The translations under genes and the position numbers were made by a program. Below the pieces are notes generated by a model. That model made no database searches and was not told the DNA's origin. It worked only from the letters and a program-made list of their open reading frames with translations. Shown piece after piece: positions 1 to 9,825 of a stretch of DNA of 28,491 nucleotides. The DNA is taken from positions 1 through 28,491 of IMG/VR virus record IMGVR_UViG_3300017782_000145; one strand, given 5' to 3'. Each line of letters begins with the position of its first letter. Positions within the stretch are counted from its first letter, which is position 1. This stretch comes from a virus (Duplodnaviria > Caudoviricetes).

Positions 1-4
1 TCAT
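1..4 (-). CDS. Start of next late gene, running off the window (endolysin expected by position)
   Basis: Minus strand reads AAAGAGGTAAAAATGA: SD-like AGAGG (14-10) then ATG at 4-2, just after the holin-like gene. The product is guessed from position only. Confidence 0.35.
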
Positions 5-27
5 TTTTACCTCTTTAGGTTAATCAC

Positions 28-237
28 TCACACCGGCAAGCCGCCACTTAACAGCAACGTCATAGCCGCACCGATGATCCCTGTTAAGACTAGCCTAACA
101 AGCCATTTCAAACTGTCTCGAATTTCGGCAACGTTGTCATCAACGTTTTTAGCGCGCTCGTCCGCCCTTGCTTGCTGCAGGCGTAAATCTGCGTGTGCCG
201 TCTCCAAGGCTCCAACCCTCCTAGTTAAATCGTCCAT
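28..237 (-). CDS. Small coiled-coil membrane protein, XhlA-like / putative holin
   Basis: 69 aa with an N-terminal coiled coil and one C-terminal hydrophobic helix (WLVRLVLTGIIGAAMTLLL); sits directly after the tailspike, a typical lysis position. Confidence 0.6.
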   Translation of the reverse strand: MDDLTRRVGALETAHADLRLQQARADERAKNVDDNVAEIRDSLKWLVRLVLTGIIGAAMTLLLSGGLPV

Positions 238-298
238 GAGTTCCCTTTCTGTCCCTCTGGATTAGAATGAGGTGAGCCGCCTATAAGAAGGCTGACTT

Positions 299-3007
299 TT
301 ATTCGATTGTCCAATGTCCACCCGAGAACTCAAAATTTACGGTAAAGTTCGTCGCCGACGACGAAGAAAATCGCAGGTGCAAGACGCCGCCAGACGCAAC
401 AAATGTCGGAATCGAAAACGCCCCGCCGGTCGCATTGCTATCAACGTTTGAAACCGTCAAAGTAGAGCCGTCCCAGTCAACATCGGCTGTCACAGATAAG
501 TGCAGTCCAGACGTTTGACGGCCGATAGCTGAGACGCGACCGCGAAACGAAGCTGGCAGATCGGCTAAGGCGAAATCCTCGTTAGTGCTTCCTCCGGTGT
601 GAGCCGCGTTAATCGGCCAGGACAGGCCCCGGATTTTTAACGCGCCGTTTGTGCTGGTTACGCTACCGATTGTTGTCGGTTTGGCATCACACAAGAATGC
701 GGGCGCGATGGTTCCCCCCCCGCCTTGGACTAGCTTTGTGACACCCTTAGTCTTGACACGGCCTTGAATGTTGCAACGCTGTCCAAGTGTCAGTGCCCAA
801 TCGTCAGTAGCACCGTCATGCACCGTAACGTGCAAGGTTCCAAAATCGTCCGTTACATCGTTCGGCACAACTAGACCGCGCTTGTCGCGTTCTTCTAACT
901 CGACCCATTCATCGGGTTCAAAAGATACGGGCGTCGTGTATGGCAACGGCGCTGTAGATGAATTATTCTTTTTAACATACGTGGCACCACTGTACGTAGT
1001 TGTGTATTTTTCCGACTCGACAATCAGACCGCTAGTGTACGCGACTGCCGCGTCTAACTCTGCCCGAGCAGATCCAAGTTGCAAGGCGTTGTCGCAGAAC
1101 TCGAACCCGCCTTCTGGCCAGACCCCATTCCCATCGACAATGTGGGTATCGTTCACTCGCACGTCGCCGAGCACGCAATTTGACATTTTCGCACTATTGC
1201 CTGACGCGCCCAAGCTAATGACTGCAGGTGTATTTGGACCTCGCCATTGTTGATTATGAACAAAATCACAACCTTCTATTGTCAGTCGGTCAACGTTTGA
1301 GGCTAGTCGAATAGTTGACGCATCGTTGCTGTTAATAATAGCGCCCGCCGTGTTCCCGCTTTTTGCCTTTACGTTTCTGATCGAGAAATCGGGCGAATCA
1401 AACAGGTAAATCGCGTTTTTAGTGTGGAACTTTAAGCTGGTGTCGCTAATAGAGGAGTTTTCACCGTTGGCGCACAGTACCCCCCGCATACACAGGTCTA
1501 TAAAGCCCCCGCGAATTTTCGAGTTACCACCCAAGTAAATACCGTTGCCGTCTACTGCTTCGATGAACGGATCTTCCACGTTGCTATCTGGCGCGGCAAC
1601 AAGGTAAAGCCCGCCGCCATATGCCTGCGTGGAGCTAGATGCCCCGACAGCTACACGGTGCCCCCCGATTAGAATGCGCGGTCTGACAAAAACTAACTTG
1701 TTACACTGCCCACTGGACCAGAAGGCCCAGGCACCGTTGAAATGCTCAACAACCAATTCGTGAAAAATATGGTTAAAAAGATTTGTAGCCTCAATCCCAT
1801 ACAGATTGACACCCGTTAAATCCGTCGAAGCACCTGCACCCGCTGATGTGATCCAGAGACGATCAGTGTTGCCACCTAAGGATTGCAGCGTTGTCCCGGT
1901 GATTGAGACCACAGCGCCAGCGATTACGCTGGTATTTGCGATCTTGCTTCCGTTTGCTCGGCTCGGATTAGCGTAGTTAGAGCCGCCTTGCCCCTTGAAT
2001 TTGATTTCAGGCGGCATGGTCAGGCCGCTATTAACAGCGACAGCAGTGTTTTCGTCGAAAACACAGGTGCCATAACCAGTTGCCGCAAATAGATCGTTAA
2101 CTTTAGATGCATCGTCCGTGGAATTATCAGCTACGGGCGCAAAAGAGCGAAGCGACATCCCCGCCGAACTTGGAACGGCGTAAAGCTTTGTGCCATTTGC
2201 CATCTGCAAGTCATCATCTGACGCCGAAGACGCCGCCACCGTATACAAAAAATTACCGTCATCACCTGACACGGTTATTAAATCGTTTTCGGCAAATGAT
2301 CCCGGCGCGGCGAGCATTATTGGCACGGTCGCGAACATAGGGCGCGAAACATAAACGACGTGGTCCCAATCAGCGCCGTCATATCGACGTAATGTCGCGA
2401 TTCCCCCTGCATTCTCGTCGGCTAATATCAGCGCAATATCGCCGCTTGACGGCGAAACCGGCAGATCTGCAAAAGTAGCCACAACGCTATCAGCCGGTAG
2501 CACAGAAGCAAGCGCGTTAACTGCTGCACGATCACTTGCAACAGTTGCCGCATCTATTGCGGCTGCACTTTCAGACGATGCCGCAGCGGCTGCGGACGAT
2601 GCGGCAGCGGTTGCAGACGCGCTAGATTTTGCGGAATAATGCTTAGCCGAAAACTCGCTGTCCTCGACGACCGTGTCTTCGGCTTCGTTTGCCCATTTGC
2701 GCGCCAAAACTGCCGAAGACGTAGCTCCAATCGGTAGCTCAGAAGTTTTAATCCAAGTTGCACTTGCGTAACGATAAGCGCCATTGTTTGCTGACGTAGG
2801 ATCATTTGTCACAAAGCCAATATCACCGTCGCTTGGACTACTGATGGCCTGCAAGTCGGTTAATAAATCTTCGTAATAAGCTGCGCTATTTGTAGCGAGC
2901 GAATTGGTTTGAATCTCTTCCAAAAGAGTAACAAGTTCAGTTGGGTCAATTTCATGATCTGCCGACACGGGATTGCCGCGAATGACTGTCTTAACCGGTA
3001 AAGTCAT
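299..3007 (-). CDS. Tailspike / receptor-binding protein with pectin-lyase-like right-handed beta-helix
   Basis: 902 aa. N-terminal anchor (VTNDPTSANNGAY), Ala/Ser-rich stalk, beta-helix entry motif FAPVADNSTDDASKVN, then N/G/I-rich parallel beta repeats; last tail gene. Confidence 0.85.
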   Translation of the reverse strand: MTLPVKTVIRGNPVSADHEIDPTELVTLLEEIQTNSLATNSAAYYEDLLTDLQAISSPSDGDIGFVTNDPTSANNGAYRYASATWIKTSELPIGATSSAVLARKWANEAEDTVVEDSEFSAKHYSAKSSASATAAASSAAAAASSESAAAIDAATVASDRAAVNALASVLPADSVVATFADLPVSPSSGDIALILADENAGGIATLRRYDGADWDHVVYVSRPMFATVPIMLAAPGSFAENDLITVSGDDGNFLYTVAASSASDDDLQMANGTKLYAVPSSAGMSLRSFAPVADNSTDDASKVNDLFAATGYGTCVFDENTAVAVNSGLTMPPEIKFKGQGGSNYANPSRANGSKIANTSVIAGAVVSITGTTLQSLGGNTDRLWITSAGAGASTDLTGVNLYGIEATNLFNHIFHELVVEHFNGAWAFWSSGQCNKLVFVRPRILIGGHRVAVGASSSTQAYGGGLYLVAAPDSNVEDPFIEAVDGNGIYLGGNSKIRGGFIDLCMRGVLCANGENSSISDTSLKFHTKNAIYLFDSPDFSIRNVKAKSGNTAGAIINSNDASTIRLASNVDRLTIEGCDFVHNQQWRGPNTPAVISLGASGNSAKMSNCVLGDVRVNDTHIVDGNGVWPEGGFEFCDNALQLGSARAELDAAVAYTSGLIVESEKYTTTYSGATYVKKNNSSTAPLPYTTPVSFEPDEWVELEERDKRGLVVPNDVTDDFGTLHVTVHDGATDDWALTLGQRCNIQGRVKTKGVTKLVQGGGGTIAPAFLCDAKPTTIGSVTSTNGALKIRGLSWPINAAHTGGSTNEDFALADLPASFRGRVSAIGRQTSGLHLSVTADVDWDGSTLTVSNVDSNATGGAFSIPTFVASGGVLHLRFSSSSATNFTVNFEFSGGHWTIE

Positions 3008-3023
3008 TTCTTTTTCCCCTAGT

Positions 3024-5129
3024 TTAAGCTACGTCTTCTGTTTGCGGCCCGCTCGCCGTCCCTTCAACGCCAGATGCGTTGATTGGTGCGCCCCAATATG
3101 CATAATGACCCGTAGACAAACCTATGTCGTCATAACTGTCATCACCACTCGGGATGCCGTACTCTGTCCGTATCACACTGGCGCTGTCAATGCTATACGG
3201 CCCGCTATAACCAGCGCTGTAGCCAGCCCGATAAATGCGGGTAGCGAAATAATTCGCATCATTCGGCGCTGTGAAATTTACAGTCACGGTGCCTGCGCTC
3301 TCACTTGTTGCAAAAGCGGTCAACACCACTGGAGCTGTGCTATTCTCAACAGCCGCGACGCTTATCATCGACGACCACGCTGATGGTCGCCGTGTTCCCG
3401 TAACGTTTCGAATCTGCGCTTGGTATGTCTGACCGTCTGTCAAGCCGTTGACCGTGTAAGTGCTTTGCCCGCTCGTGATCGGAATGACGGTCCAGTCTGC
3501 TTCTGTCGAGCGTTTAATTCGCAACTCTTGGCTCAAGCTTGCATCCGCAGCGTTCCATTGATATTTAATCTCGCCCCCATCCGCCGCAGTGCCCGTTAAA
3601 CCTGTCACAGGGTCCACGGTGTTTTCGCTTACAACTTGATCAAACGTCGGGCGCGCCGGTTCCTCTATAGCTGCAACATAGTCAAAATCAGACGCATTGA
3701 CCGATTGCCCTACCAAGTCGAACGTATGCCCACCCTCATTGCGGTATAACTCCTGTATCTCGCATACGATGTCTTTACCCAAAGCCTGAATGCGCACAAA
3801 ACGCTCACCGATAAGATCGTATCCTTCAAATCCAACGGTAGCCTTGATTTTATAATCGGCACGCTTAACCGCAGCAAAACGCTTGGCACAACGACACGCT
3901 TGGTTGTGGCTTGCCACCATGAATAGCGTAGGTTCGTCTTTAACTTGCCGTGTTGTCGCATCGAGCACCAACGTTCCGGCTGGTGCTTCTCGCCATTTCT
4001 GAGAAGGTTCGACGTATTGCGGTGATATCTCGGTTGGCGCGTTCCGACCCCAAAAACCTTCTGACATACTGAATTGCAAAAAGTTTGATTCCGTCAAAGT
4101 TACGGTTGGTTCCTCGTACTTTCCGACCTTGAACCCAGGTAAGCCGTCGCTTCGCTCGTAAAACCACACGTCGCCAGCAAGTGCTACCTTGCTGCGTTGC
4201 TGTTCAAATTCCTCATCATCGGAAAACACGCCGTCCAGTTGCCATTTTGCTTGCGTACCGCCTTCGCCATTGGTCACCGTCTCGTCGCACACGTCAGCTT
4301 GTCCAGCAACCATGTTCCACCACGCGTGTGTGGTCGGTATTACCCGCCCAAGGATGGTCGTTAGCCAATACGCGGTATTTAGTGCAAGATTGCGCGAATG
4401 TGCCGTTGTCGCCGTCCTTGGGTCATACACTTTCACGCCGTCAATTAAAGGCGAGTAATTCCACTCTCGACCGTTTGGATATACTTCAGAAAAGTCTTCC
4501 GGTTTGGGACGCTTTGCCCACAAGTGAGCCACCGCTAAACCGTCAAAATCATGAAACGATGTGATTTCAGGAAACGTCGCCACAAGCGTACTGTCTGCTG
4601 TGTTTGAATCGCCGTTTTGAAAATTTATGTAGCCCAAATCAGTCATCGGCGCGGTCTGTACGATGCCGCTGCCGTTTATAGTTGCCTCTCGGTCATCAAG
4701 GTAATGCGTAACCACACCTCCGACGGGCGCTGCGGCGAGTATTACCGAATAGTACCTTTTGCCGCCGTTGAAGGCCGTAAATCCTAACGGACCACCTTTG
4801 CGCGTGCGTCCTACCGGCCATTCGGCATAGCTCACCGGCTGCGCATAATTAAGCAGTCGTGCGCTTGGCTCTGGTGGTTGTGCGCGTGGCGTGAGTGCAT
4901 TTAGTGCCGCACTCACGCCGAGACTTAGAAGCGTTTGGCCGATTAAAGTGGTGCCCAGAAATGCCCCTGCCTGAAATAGCCCTCCAACACCCAAAGCGGA
5001 CGCCACAGCGCCCGTTGTAGCGCCCGCCCCGGCAAACCCAAGTAAAAACGCCTCAACGCCCGTCGCCTTCGCTGGGGTTGGCGTTAGCGCCGTAGACGCC
5101 AAGAGTGCTGCAAATAAAGCTCTACGCAA
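3024..5129 (-). CDS. Tail tip / central host-specificity protein (lambda J-like) with FN3 domains
   Basis: GVKVYDPR...SRNLAL motif typical of tail-tip proteins; C-terminal FN3-like repeats (YTVNGLTDGQTYQAQIR). Start reassigned to TTG at 5129 with GGAG 8 nt upstream. Confidence 0.85.
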   Translation of the reverse strand: MRRALFAALLASTALTPTPAKATGVEAFLLGFAGAGATTGAVASALGVGGLFQAGAFLGTTLIGQTLLSLGVSAALNALTPRAQPPEPSARLLNYAQPVSYAEWPVGRTRKGGPLGFTAFNGGKRYYSVILAAAPVGGVVTHYLDDREATINGSGIVQTAPMTDLGYINFQNGDSNTADSTLVATFPEITSFHDFDGLAVAHLWAKRPKPEDFSEVYPNGREWNYSPLIDGVKVYDPRTATTAHSRNLALNTAYWLTTILGRVIPTTHAWWNMVAGQADVCDETVTNGEGGTQAKWQLDGVFSDDEEFEQQRSKVALAGDVWFYERSDGLPGFKVGKYEEPTVTLTESNFLQFSMSEGFWGRNAPTEISPQYVEPSQKWREAPAGTLVLDATTRQVKDEPTLFMVASHNQACRCAKRFAAVKRADYKIKATVGFEGYDLIGERFVRIQALGKDIVCEIQELYRNEGGHTFDLVGQSVNASDFDYVAAIEEPARPTFDQVVSENTVDPVTGLTGTAADGGEIKYQWNAADASLSQELRIKRSTEADWTVIPITSGQSTYTVNGLTDGQTYQAQIRNVTGTRRPSAWSSMISVAAVENSTAPVVLTAFATSESAGTVTVNFTAPNDANYFATRIYRAGYSAGYSGPYSIDSASVIRTEYGIPSGDDSYDDIGLSTGHYAYWGAPINASGVEGTASGPQTEDVA

Positions 5130-5529
5130 AATTAACACTCCACACCGCAAGGGGTTCAACCGTCTTCGGTGCCCACGACTTGACACCGTTTTGCGTTTTA
5201 AAGGCCCAGGATTGACCTGTAAAAATACCAGCGACCGGGTGTCGCTCGTCGGGAACCTTGATCACCCCCACGTCGCCGCGTCTCGGCGTGTCGGTTCGCG
5301 GCAGACCCGCGACAACAGCGCGCTTGTCAAACGTTCCGACCGGATCGCGGAACCAGCCTGTCGTGCGCTGACAGCTTCCCATATCGTCAAATGTAAAGTG
5401 ATCGGATTCGGACGGGTCAAACCCAACGACTTGAGCGACCCAACGGCCCGCCAGGAAACAGCAATTGTGCGTTTCCCACGTAAAGGGTTCGGTCATCCAC
5501 TTATTCAATTCTAGGTCAAGTGCATCCAT
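5122..5529 (-). CDS. Tail assembly protein, NlpC/P60-like (DUF6950-like; lambda K position)
   Basis: PFTWETHNCCFLAGRW...PRRGDVG motif; start at ATG 5529 by TAATG overlap with the upstream stop. Confidence 0.7.
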   Translation of the reverse strand: MDALDLELNKWMTEPFTWETHNCCFLAGRWVAQVVGFDPSESDHFTFDDMGSCQRTTGWFRDPVGTFDKRAVVAGLPRTDTPRRGDVGVIKVPDERHPVAGIFTGQSWAFKTQNGVKSWAPKTVEPLAVWSVNFA

Positions 5530-6104
5530 TAACCAAACAGCTTTTCTTCTTGCAACGAAGTGGTCGGCATGTAGGTAAGTGATGGATTCGCCACGCCGCC
5601 TAATATCTGCTTGTGCCCTTCCGTATTGTAGGCAATTCTGCGGCTTGCCCGCCTGTCTTCGGTCCACGATTCAAAAGACAACGTAATCCTCCGATCTTCA
5701 GCGCCAGTCGCTTCGTAACTCACCGTGCGCATGGTGCGCGTAAACACGAGCATAGGTGCGATGATCGGCGCATAAAATTCGTCGATCGCGCACAGTTTTT
5801 GCAAGTAAAATCGTATCTCTCGACCAAAAACGTAATCGTTACCCTGCGACACTAGGTTATTGACTAGATCCTCGTCACCGGGCGGCTGGAAGTAACTGAT
5901 TGACACAGACCCGGACGGAGCATTCCCGCCGATTGTGCTTTCCAGGCGAGGCGAAGACAACAGAGTTGACCCGACCCAAGAATTGCCATCCTTGTCAATA
6001 AACGTACCGTCGATGGCGAGCATGAACCGGTGCGTCCCATCAGACGTGTCAATTTCGACCAAATCTAACGCACCAATTACGTCATCTGTGGCGTTCCACG
6101 TCAT
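5529..6104 (-). CDS. Minor tail / baseplate hub protein
   Basis: 191 aa between Dit and the NlpC-like gene; ATGA overlap; DGNSWVG motif seen in tail-tip module proteins. Confidence 0.65.
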   Translation of the reverse strand: MTWNATDDVIGALDLVEIDTSDGTHRFMLAIDGTFIDKDGNSWVGSTLLSSPRLESTIGGNAPSGSVSISYFQPPGDEDLVNNLVSQGNDYVFGREIRFYLQKLCAIDEFYAPIIAPMLVFTRTMRTVSYEATGAEDRRITLSFESWTEDRRASRRIAYNTEGHKQILGGVANPSLTYMPTTSLQEEKLFG

Positions 6105-6772
6105 CGCGTCAAGACCTCCTGGAACGCGATTGAAAATGTACCCGCGTTATTCGCGTCATATTGCGGGAAGCCGAAGTCCCTGTCCGCTATCTCAAATCGG
6201 CCTATAGCCTCGTGTTTCACCTCGTCGCCCGCCGCAACCGCCGCGCGCAAAGGGGGCGAGACTTCAAGCGTATAGCGATCAGCAACCGTTTCATCAGGGT
6301 CCGCCGATATGACGCCAAACGGCCAATCTAGCCCGTGCGACATTAGCTGCCCCTGGACCGGAACGCGCCCGCCCGTAGGGATATCAACCGACAGGCTTGT
6401 CGCGCCCAACGCAGCCGCCGACGCCGCTAAAACGGTTTCTGTGCTTTCTAAAAATTTTCCGGTGGTCATGCCTTTGCCCGTCGTCATGTTGACCGTGGGT
6501 TTAGAACGCTCGAAGCTCAGCGGGTCCGACATAGGCGTCCGGTAAATTCCGATGTGCCCTTGCGCGACCAGCATAATTGCACGCCATTTAAGATAATCCC
6601 CCTGCGAAAGGAAGAGGTTAACCGTGCCTTTCCACCGCGCATAGCCGGGATAAACAACCTTGGTCTGCCCTGCGAGCGTTGTCCCCGTAAACTGGCCCCG
6701 CCAATCCACAAACCAATCGTGTTTGACCTCGCGTAATATCGTGCGCGGGATTGTGACGATAGGACGATCCAT
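6101..6772 (-). CDS. Distal tail (Dit-like) protein
   Basis: Immediately after the tape measure; ARWKGTV and EVSPPLRAAVAAG motifs and a terminal FQEVL. Confidence 0.65.
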   Translation of the reverse strand: MDRPIVTIPRTILREVKHDWFVDWRGQFTGTTLAGQTKVVYPGYARWKGTVNLFLSQGDYLKWRAIMLVAQGHIGIYRTPMSDPLSFERSKPTVNMTTGKGMTTGKFLESTETVLAASAAALGATSLSVDIPTGGRVPVQGQLMSHGLDWPFGVISADPDETVADRYTLEVSPPLRAAVAAGDEVKHEAIGRFEIADRDFGFPQYDANNAGTFSIAFQEVLTR

Positions 6773-8779
6773 TTAGCCGCGTTCCTGATAGTCAGCCGCA
6801 TTTCGCGGAAAGGTTTCTTTCTGCACGCGCGAGGCAATCGTCGGCGCACTAGACGCAACCACCTTGCCCGCCTCATCGCGCACAAGCGCTTTCAGGTTTC
6901 CGCCGCCGTCGACTGAAACGCTAACGTTTAACCTGCTGCCCATCATCGCCGCCGTGTCTTTGCGAGACGTGACTTGCGCGGGGCCTTGCACAAGCTCCGG
7001 CCCGCGCTCGCCCACAATGCCGAATTGCCCGCGCGGGATATTGCCGCCGCTGTCAAAGAAGCCCGCGAACAGGTTGCCTAGAAACCCGCCCCGACTACGC
7101 CGCGCGCCTATGTTAAAAGTGCTCAGAAGCAGATTGCGGATATTAGAGCTAATTAACTCAGCAACCATTTGCTTTATCACGTTCTTAAACGTCTCGCCTA
7201 GGCTTTCGCTATTGACGATTGCGCCCGCTATCGCATCCGCCACGCTTTCGAAGCCCCGGATCACGTCGCCAAATTCTTGCTCAGCGAATTGTTGCGATAA
7301 GTGTTCTTGCGCGGCTCTGAATTGGTCAGCCTTGAGGTATCCCAGATTGTAAAGCTCTTGCAGGTCCGCAAGCTCGCGGTTGTAAGCCTGCGTTGCTGTT
7401 TCCAGCCGCCGCATGACTTGCTCTGCCTCGCGCAATCGTTGCGTGTGCTCACGGTTAGCGCCACCTTCGACGCCACTGCGACCATTTGGGCGCGTCAGTC
7501 GCGCAAACCTCTCTTTCGCAGTTCGATGCCCCGCCCGCATCCCCGCGTCAGGAACTACCTGTTGCGACATAACCGCGTCTTCGTCTGCCATTGCAGGCGT
7601 AACAGCCGAAAGCTCCAGCGCGGTGCTAAGTGCAACGCCTAGCCAATTCGCCAGCTTTTGCGCCTTAGACGCGCCCGCCGATATAGTCGACGCAATATCC
7701 GCCCTGGCAAGATGGTAAGCATCACTTGCTGCGGCCTCTAGCGCCGTTTGCATGTCTTCCGAGACGCCTAAAGCCTCGATCATTTCAAGCGTTGCTTTAT
7801 GTTCTGACCAAGCGCGAGCGCGCGCTAACTCTTCACTATCCCGCCCGTGCGCCAGCGCAACAGCGGCCATGTCATTTTGCGAGGACATGGCCCGAAGAAG
7901 GGTAGCGGCCTCTTTCTCAGCGGCAAAAGCTGACAATGCCCTCTGTCGCAACGCATCCTGCACCTGCTCACCAAGCATTCGCTCAATATCCGAAATCTCA
8001 CGAAGGCCTTTTTCATGCTTTTCAATTTCGGTTGTGTTGCCCCGTAGTGCGTCCAGCCTCGCTTGTAGCGTCTCTATTTCTTTTTGTGTTTCCGCTATCC
8101 TATCTCTGATATTTTTTCGCTGCACAGCGCCCGAGCGGGAAAGATCTTCCTCCGAAAGTGCAATTAACCGCCTTTTGTCCGCAAGTTGATCAAGCAACGT
8201 TAGCTCATTGTCATCAACACCCAAACGCACCTTGCGAACGTTTTGCGCGGCCTCTTTCCCGGCGTCCGTCACTTGCTGCAATTGTTTCTCCAGGTCTTCC
8301 GCGCCCTTTTCAGCTTCCCCCGCGCTAAACGCCCAATTTGTCAGCGCCGCGCCCCCTGCAATTATCCCGATTGTCGCCAAATTTAGCGGCGAAATCATTG
8401 AACGCAGCCCGCCCAGAATAACGCCGAAAGCATCCTTCCCAGTCACGCCCATTTGCGCAAATACTTGGGTTATTTGCGTACCTTGCTGCATGGCCAACTG
8501 TAGCGGGTTCTGGCCCGCCGCTAACATGACCCCAATGTCATTAAACTGCGCTGTAAGGTTCGCAGTGTGACGGCCCGCCTTCAAAGCATTAGCACCGTAG
8601 ACGATGGCGCCGGTCGACGCCGCACGAAGACCAGCGCCCGCCGCTTCTACCTCTTTTTTTGCCGCGCCTGCTTGCTTCGAAAGGCCAGAAAGTGACTTGC
8701 TGGCCTTTTTTGCGCCCCGCTCAAACGAGGCGCTATCCATTGAAAGCTGCGCCCGTAGCGCTGCAATCGGTTCAGCCAT
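6773..8779 (-). CDS. Tail tape measure protein (~668 aa)
   Basis: ANLTAQFNDIGVMLAAGQNPLQLAMQQGTQI signature, Ala-rich helical body and C-terminal FDSGG...VGERGPE; start taken at MAEP. The usual ~0.15 nm/residue rule suggests a tail of roughly 100 nm. Confidence 0.93.
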   Translation of the reverse strand: MAEPIAALRAQLSMDSASFERGAKKASKSLSGLSKQAGAAKKEVEAAGAGLRAASTGAIVYGANALKAGRHTANLTAQFNDIGVMLAAGQNPLQLAMQQGTQITQVFAQMGVTGKDAFGVILGGLRSMISPLNLATIGIIAGGAALTNWAFSAGEAEKGAEDLEKQLQQVTDAGKEAAQNVRKVRLGVDDNELTLLDQLADKRRLIALSEEDLSRSGAVQRKNIRDRIAETQKEIETLQARLDALRGNTTEIEKHEKGLREISDIERMLGEQVQDALRQRALSAFAAEKEAATLLRAMSSQNDMAAVALAHGRDSEELARARAWSEHKATLEMIEALGVSEDMQTALEAAASDAYHLARADIASTISAGASKAQKLANWLGVALSTALELSAVTPAMADEDAVMSQQVVPDAGMRAGHRTAKERFARLTRPNGRSGVEGGANREHTQRLREAEQVMRRLETATQAYNRELADLQELYNLGYLKADQFRAAQEHLSQQFAEQEFGDVIRGFESVADAIAGAIVNSESLGETFKNVIKQMVAELISSNIRNLLLSTFNIGARRSRGGFLGNLFAGFFDSGGNIPRGQFGIVGERGPELVQGPAQVTSRKDTAAMMGSRLNVSVSVDGGGNLKALVRDEAGKVVASSAPTIASRVQKETFPRNAADYQERG

Positions 8780-9068
8780 GCGCCGCACTCCTACTTGCCC
8801 AGCCGATCAGAATTGCGCGGGCCGCTATTGCGTCCGCCTCGCGCATCGGCGCCGGATTCGGTTTTTCAACCGCTAAACTGTCGGGAATTTTGTTAGGCTC
8901 GTGATAGGCGAACGCTGCATATTTTGCCGACAACCAAGCTAAATGCGAGTCCCGGCGATACGACGCCTTCAAGATGATATCCACCTCGCGCCAAGTGCAA
9001 TCCCAAAAGGCATGAGCCGGTTGCCCCGACTGCACCCAAAAGCCTAACGCCTCATCCCAATTTACTGC
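8772..9068 (-). CDS. Tail assembly chaperone gpT part (expressed as G-T fusion)
   Basis: The -1 frame is open from the slippery site through AVNWDEALGFWVQSGQPAHAFWDCTWRE...; FW-x-x-T-x-RE pattern typical of gpT. Confidence 0.85.
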   Translation of the reverse strand, partial: AVNWDEALGFWVQSGQPAHAFWDCTWREVDIILKASYRRDSHLAWLSAKYAAFAYHEPNKIPDSLAVEKPNPAPMREADAIAARAILIGWASRSAAHG

Positions 9069-9391
9069 TTTTTTTCGGCACGCGCGCCCGTGTCGCCGGT
9101 TGTCGGTGCCAATGCCGCCTTGAACAACTCAGACACCAAGACGCCCGCTTCCTTGAAGCCGATTTCGTCTATTAGGTCATAAACAATTTCAACCGACGTT
9201 CCGCGCCCGTCATTCCATGACGCCGCCAGGATCTCGGACACAGCGTCAACGCCGTATTCGTTGCGCTCTAGCCCCGTCAAAACGCCCTGAATACTCATAC
9301 CCAAAGCGCGCTCTACGCGCGCCTGCGCCCGCGTAGAAAATTTAAGCGTTTCCAACTTGCCGCTGACTTCACGAACAACCGAAGATATCAT
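9062..9391 (-). CDS. Tail assembly chaperone gpG
   Basis: 109 aa between tail tube and tape measure, ending EKKQ over a slippery heptamer. Confidence 0.85.
   Translation of the reverse strand: MISSVVREVSGKLETLKFSTRAQARVERALGMSIQGVLTGLERNEYGVDAVSEILAASWNDGRGTSVEIVYDLIDEIGFKEAGVLVSELFKAALAPTTGDTGARAEKKQ
9068..9074 (-). promoter_or_regulatory. Programmed -1 frameshift site A-AAA-AAG
   Basis: Minus strand GCC GAA AAA AAG CAG TAA; the X XXY YYZ heptamer is correctly phased and the -1 frame joins the 8772 ORF without a stop. Confidence 0.88.
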
Positions 9392-9825
9392 TAGCTACCC
9401 GCCGCATAAGTAACAGCACCGGTGATGCGGAAAGCCAGCGTCATCATAATAATGTCGCCCACCGCGTTTTGCTGCAAAGTTGGCGTGCAGAACGCGCGGA
9501 AAGTGAAAATATCGCCCGTTGTCGATTGCCCCGTGAACAACGGCAGCGTTGTCCGTAGGTAAAGCTGCGTGCCGTTCGTCCGATAGCCTTCTGCAAGCCC
9601 GTAAATCGTCGGCGTGTAGTTGCATTCAACCGAGACTTCGCCCGCGTCCTTGAGGCCCGGAACATACTCACGAAAACCGCCTGAGCTGTCCAAGCTAGTC
9701 GCTTCAATATAATCGACCTCTGTTGTCGGAACGATCAGCGTCCGCGCCTCGCTAATTGTCGTATAGGCCGACCCATCAGTGCCCCACTCGACCGTAGCGC
9801 CGTGTACTATTTTTGCGTCTGACAT
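9391..9825 (-). CDS. Major tail tube protein
   Basis: IEATSLDSSGGFREYVPGLKDAGEVS motif of siphovirus tail tubes; AAGGAG SD. Confidence 0.92.
   Translation of the reverse strand: MSDAKIVHGATVEWGTDGSAYTTISEARTLIVPTTEVDYIEATSLDSSGGFREYVPGLKDAGEVSVECNYTPTIYGLAEGYRTNGTQLYLRTTLPLFTGQSTTGDIFTFRAFCTPTLQQNAVGDIIMMTLAFRITGAVTYAAGS

Noticed and set aside
2480-2640. GCN/TCN-rich repetitive stretch
   Set aside because: It simply encodes the Ala/Ser stalk of the tailspike. No template/variable repeat pair or reverse transcriptase for a DGR was seen.
5130-5667. Long N-terminal extensions in the ORF track (starts 5186, 5667; likewise 18169, 19390, 20114, 21665, 27306)
   Set aside because: They overlap upstream genes extensively; downstream starts with an SD or stop-start overlap fit better.
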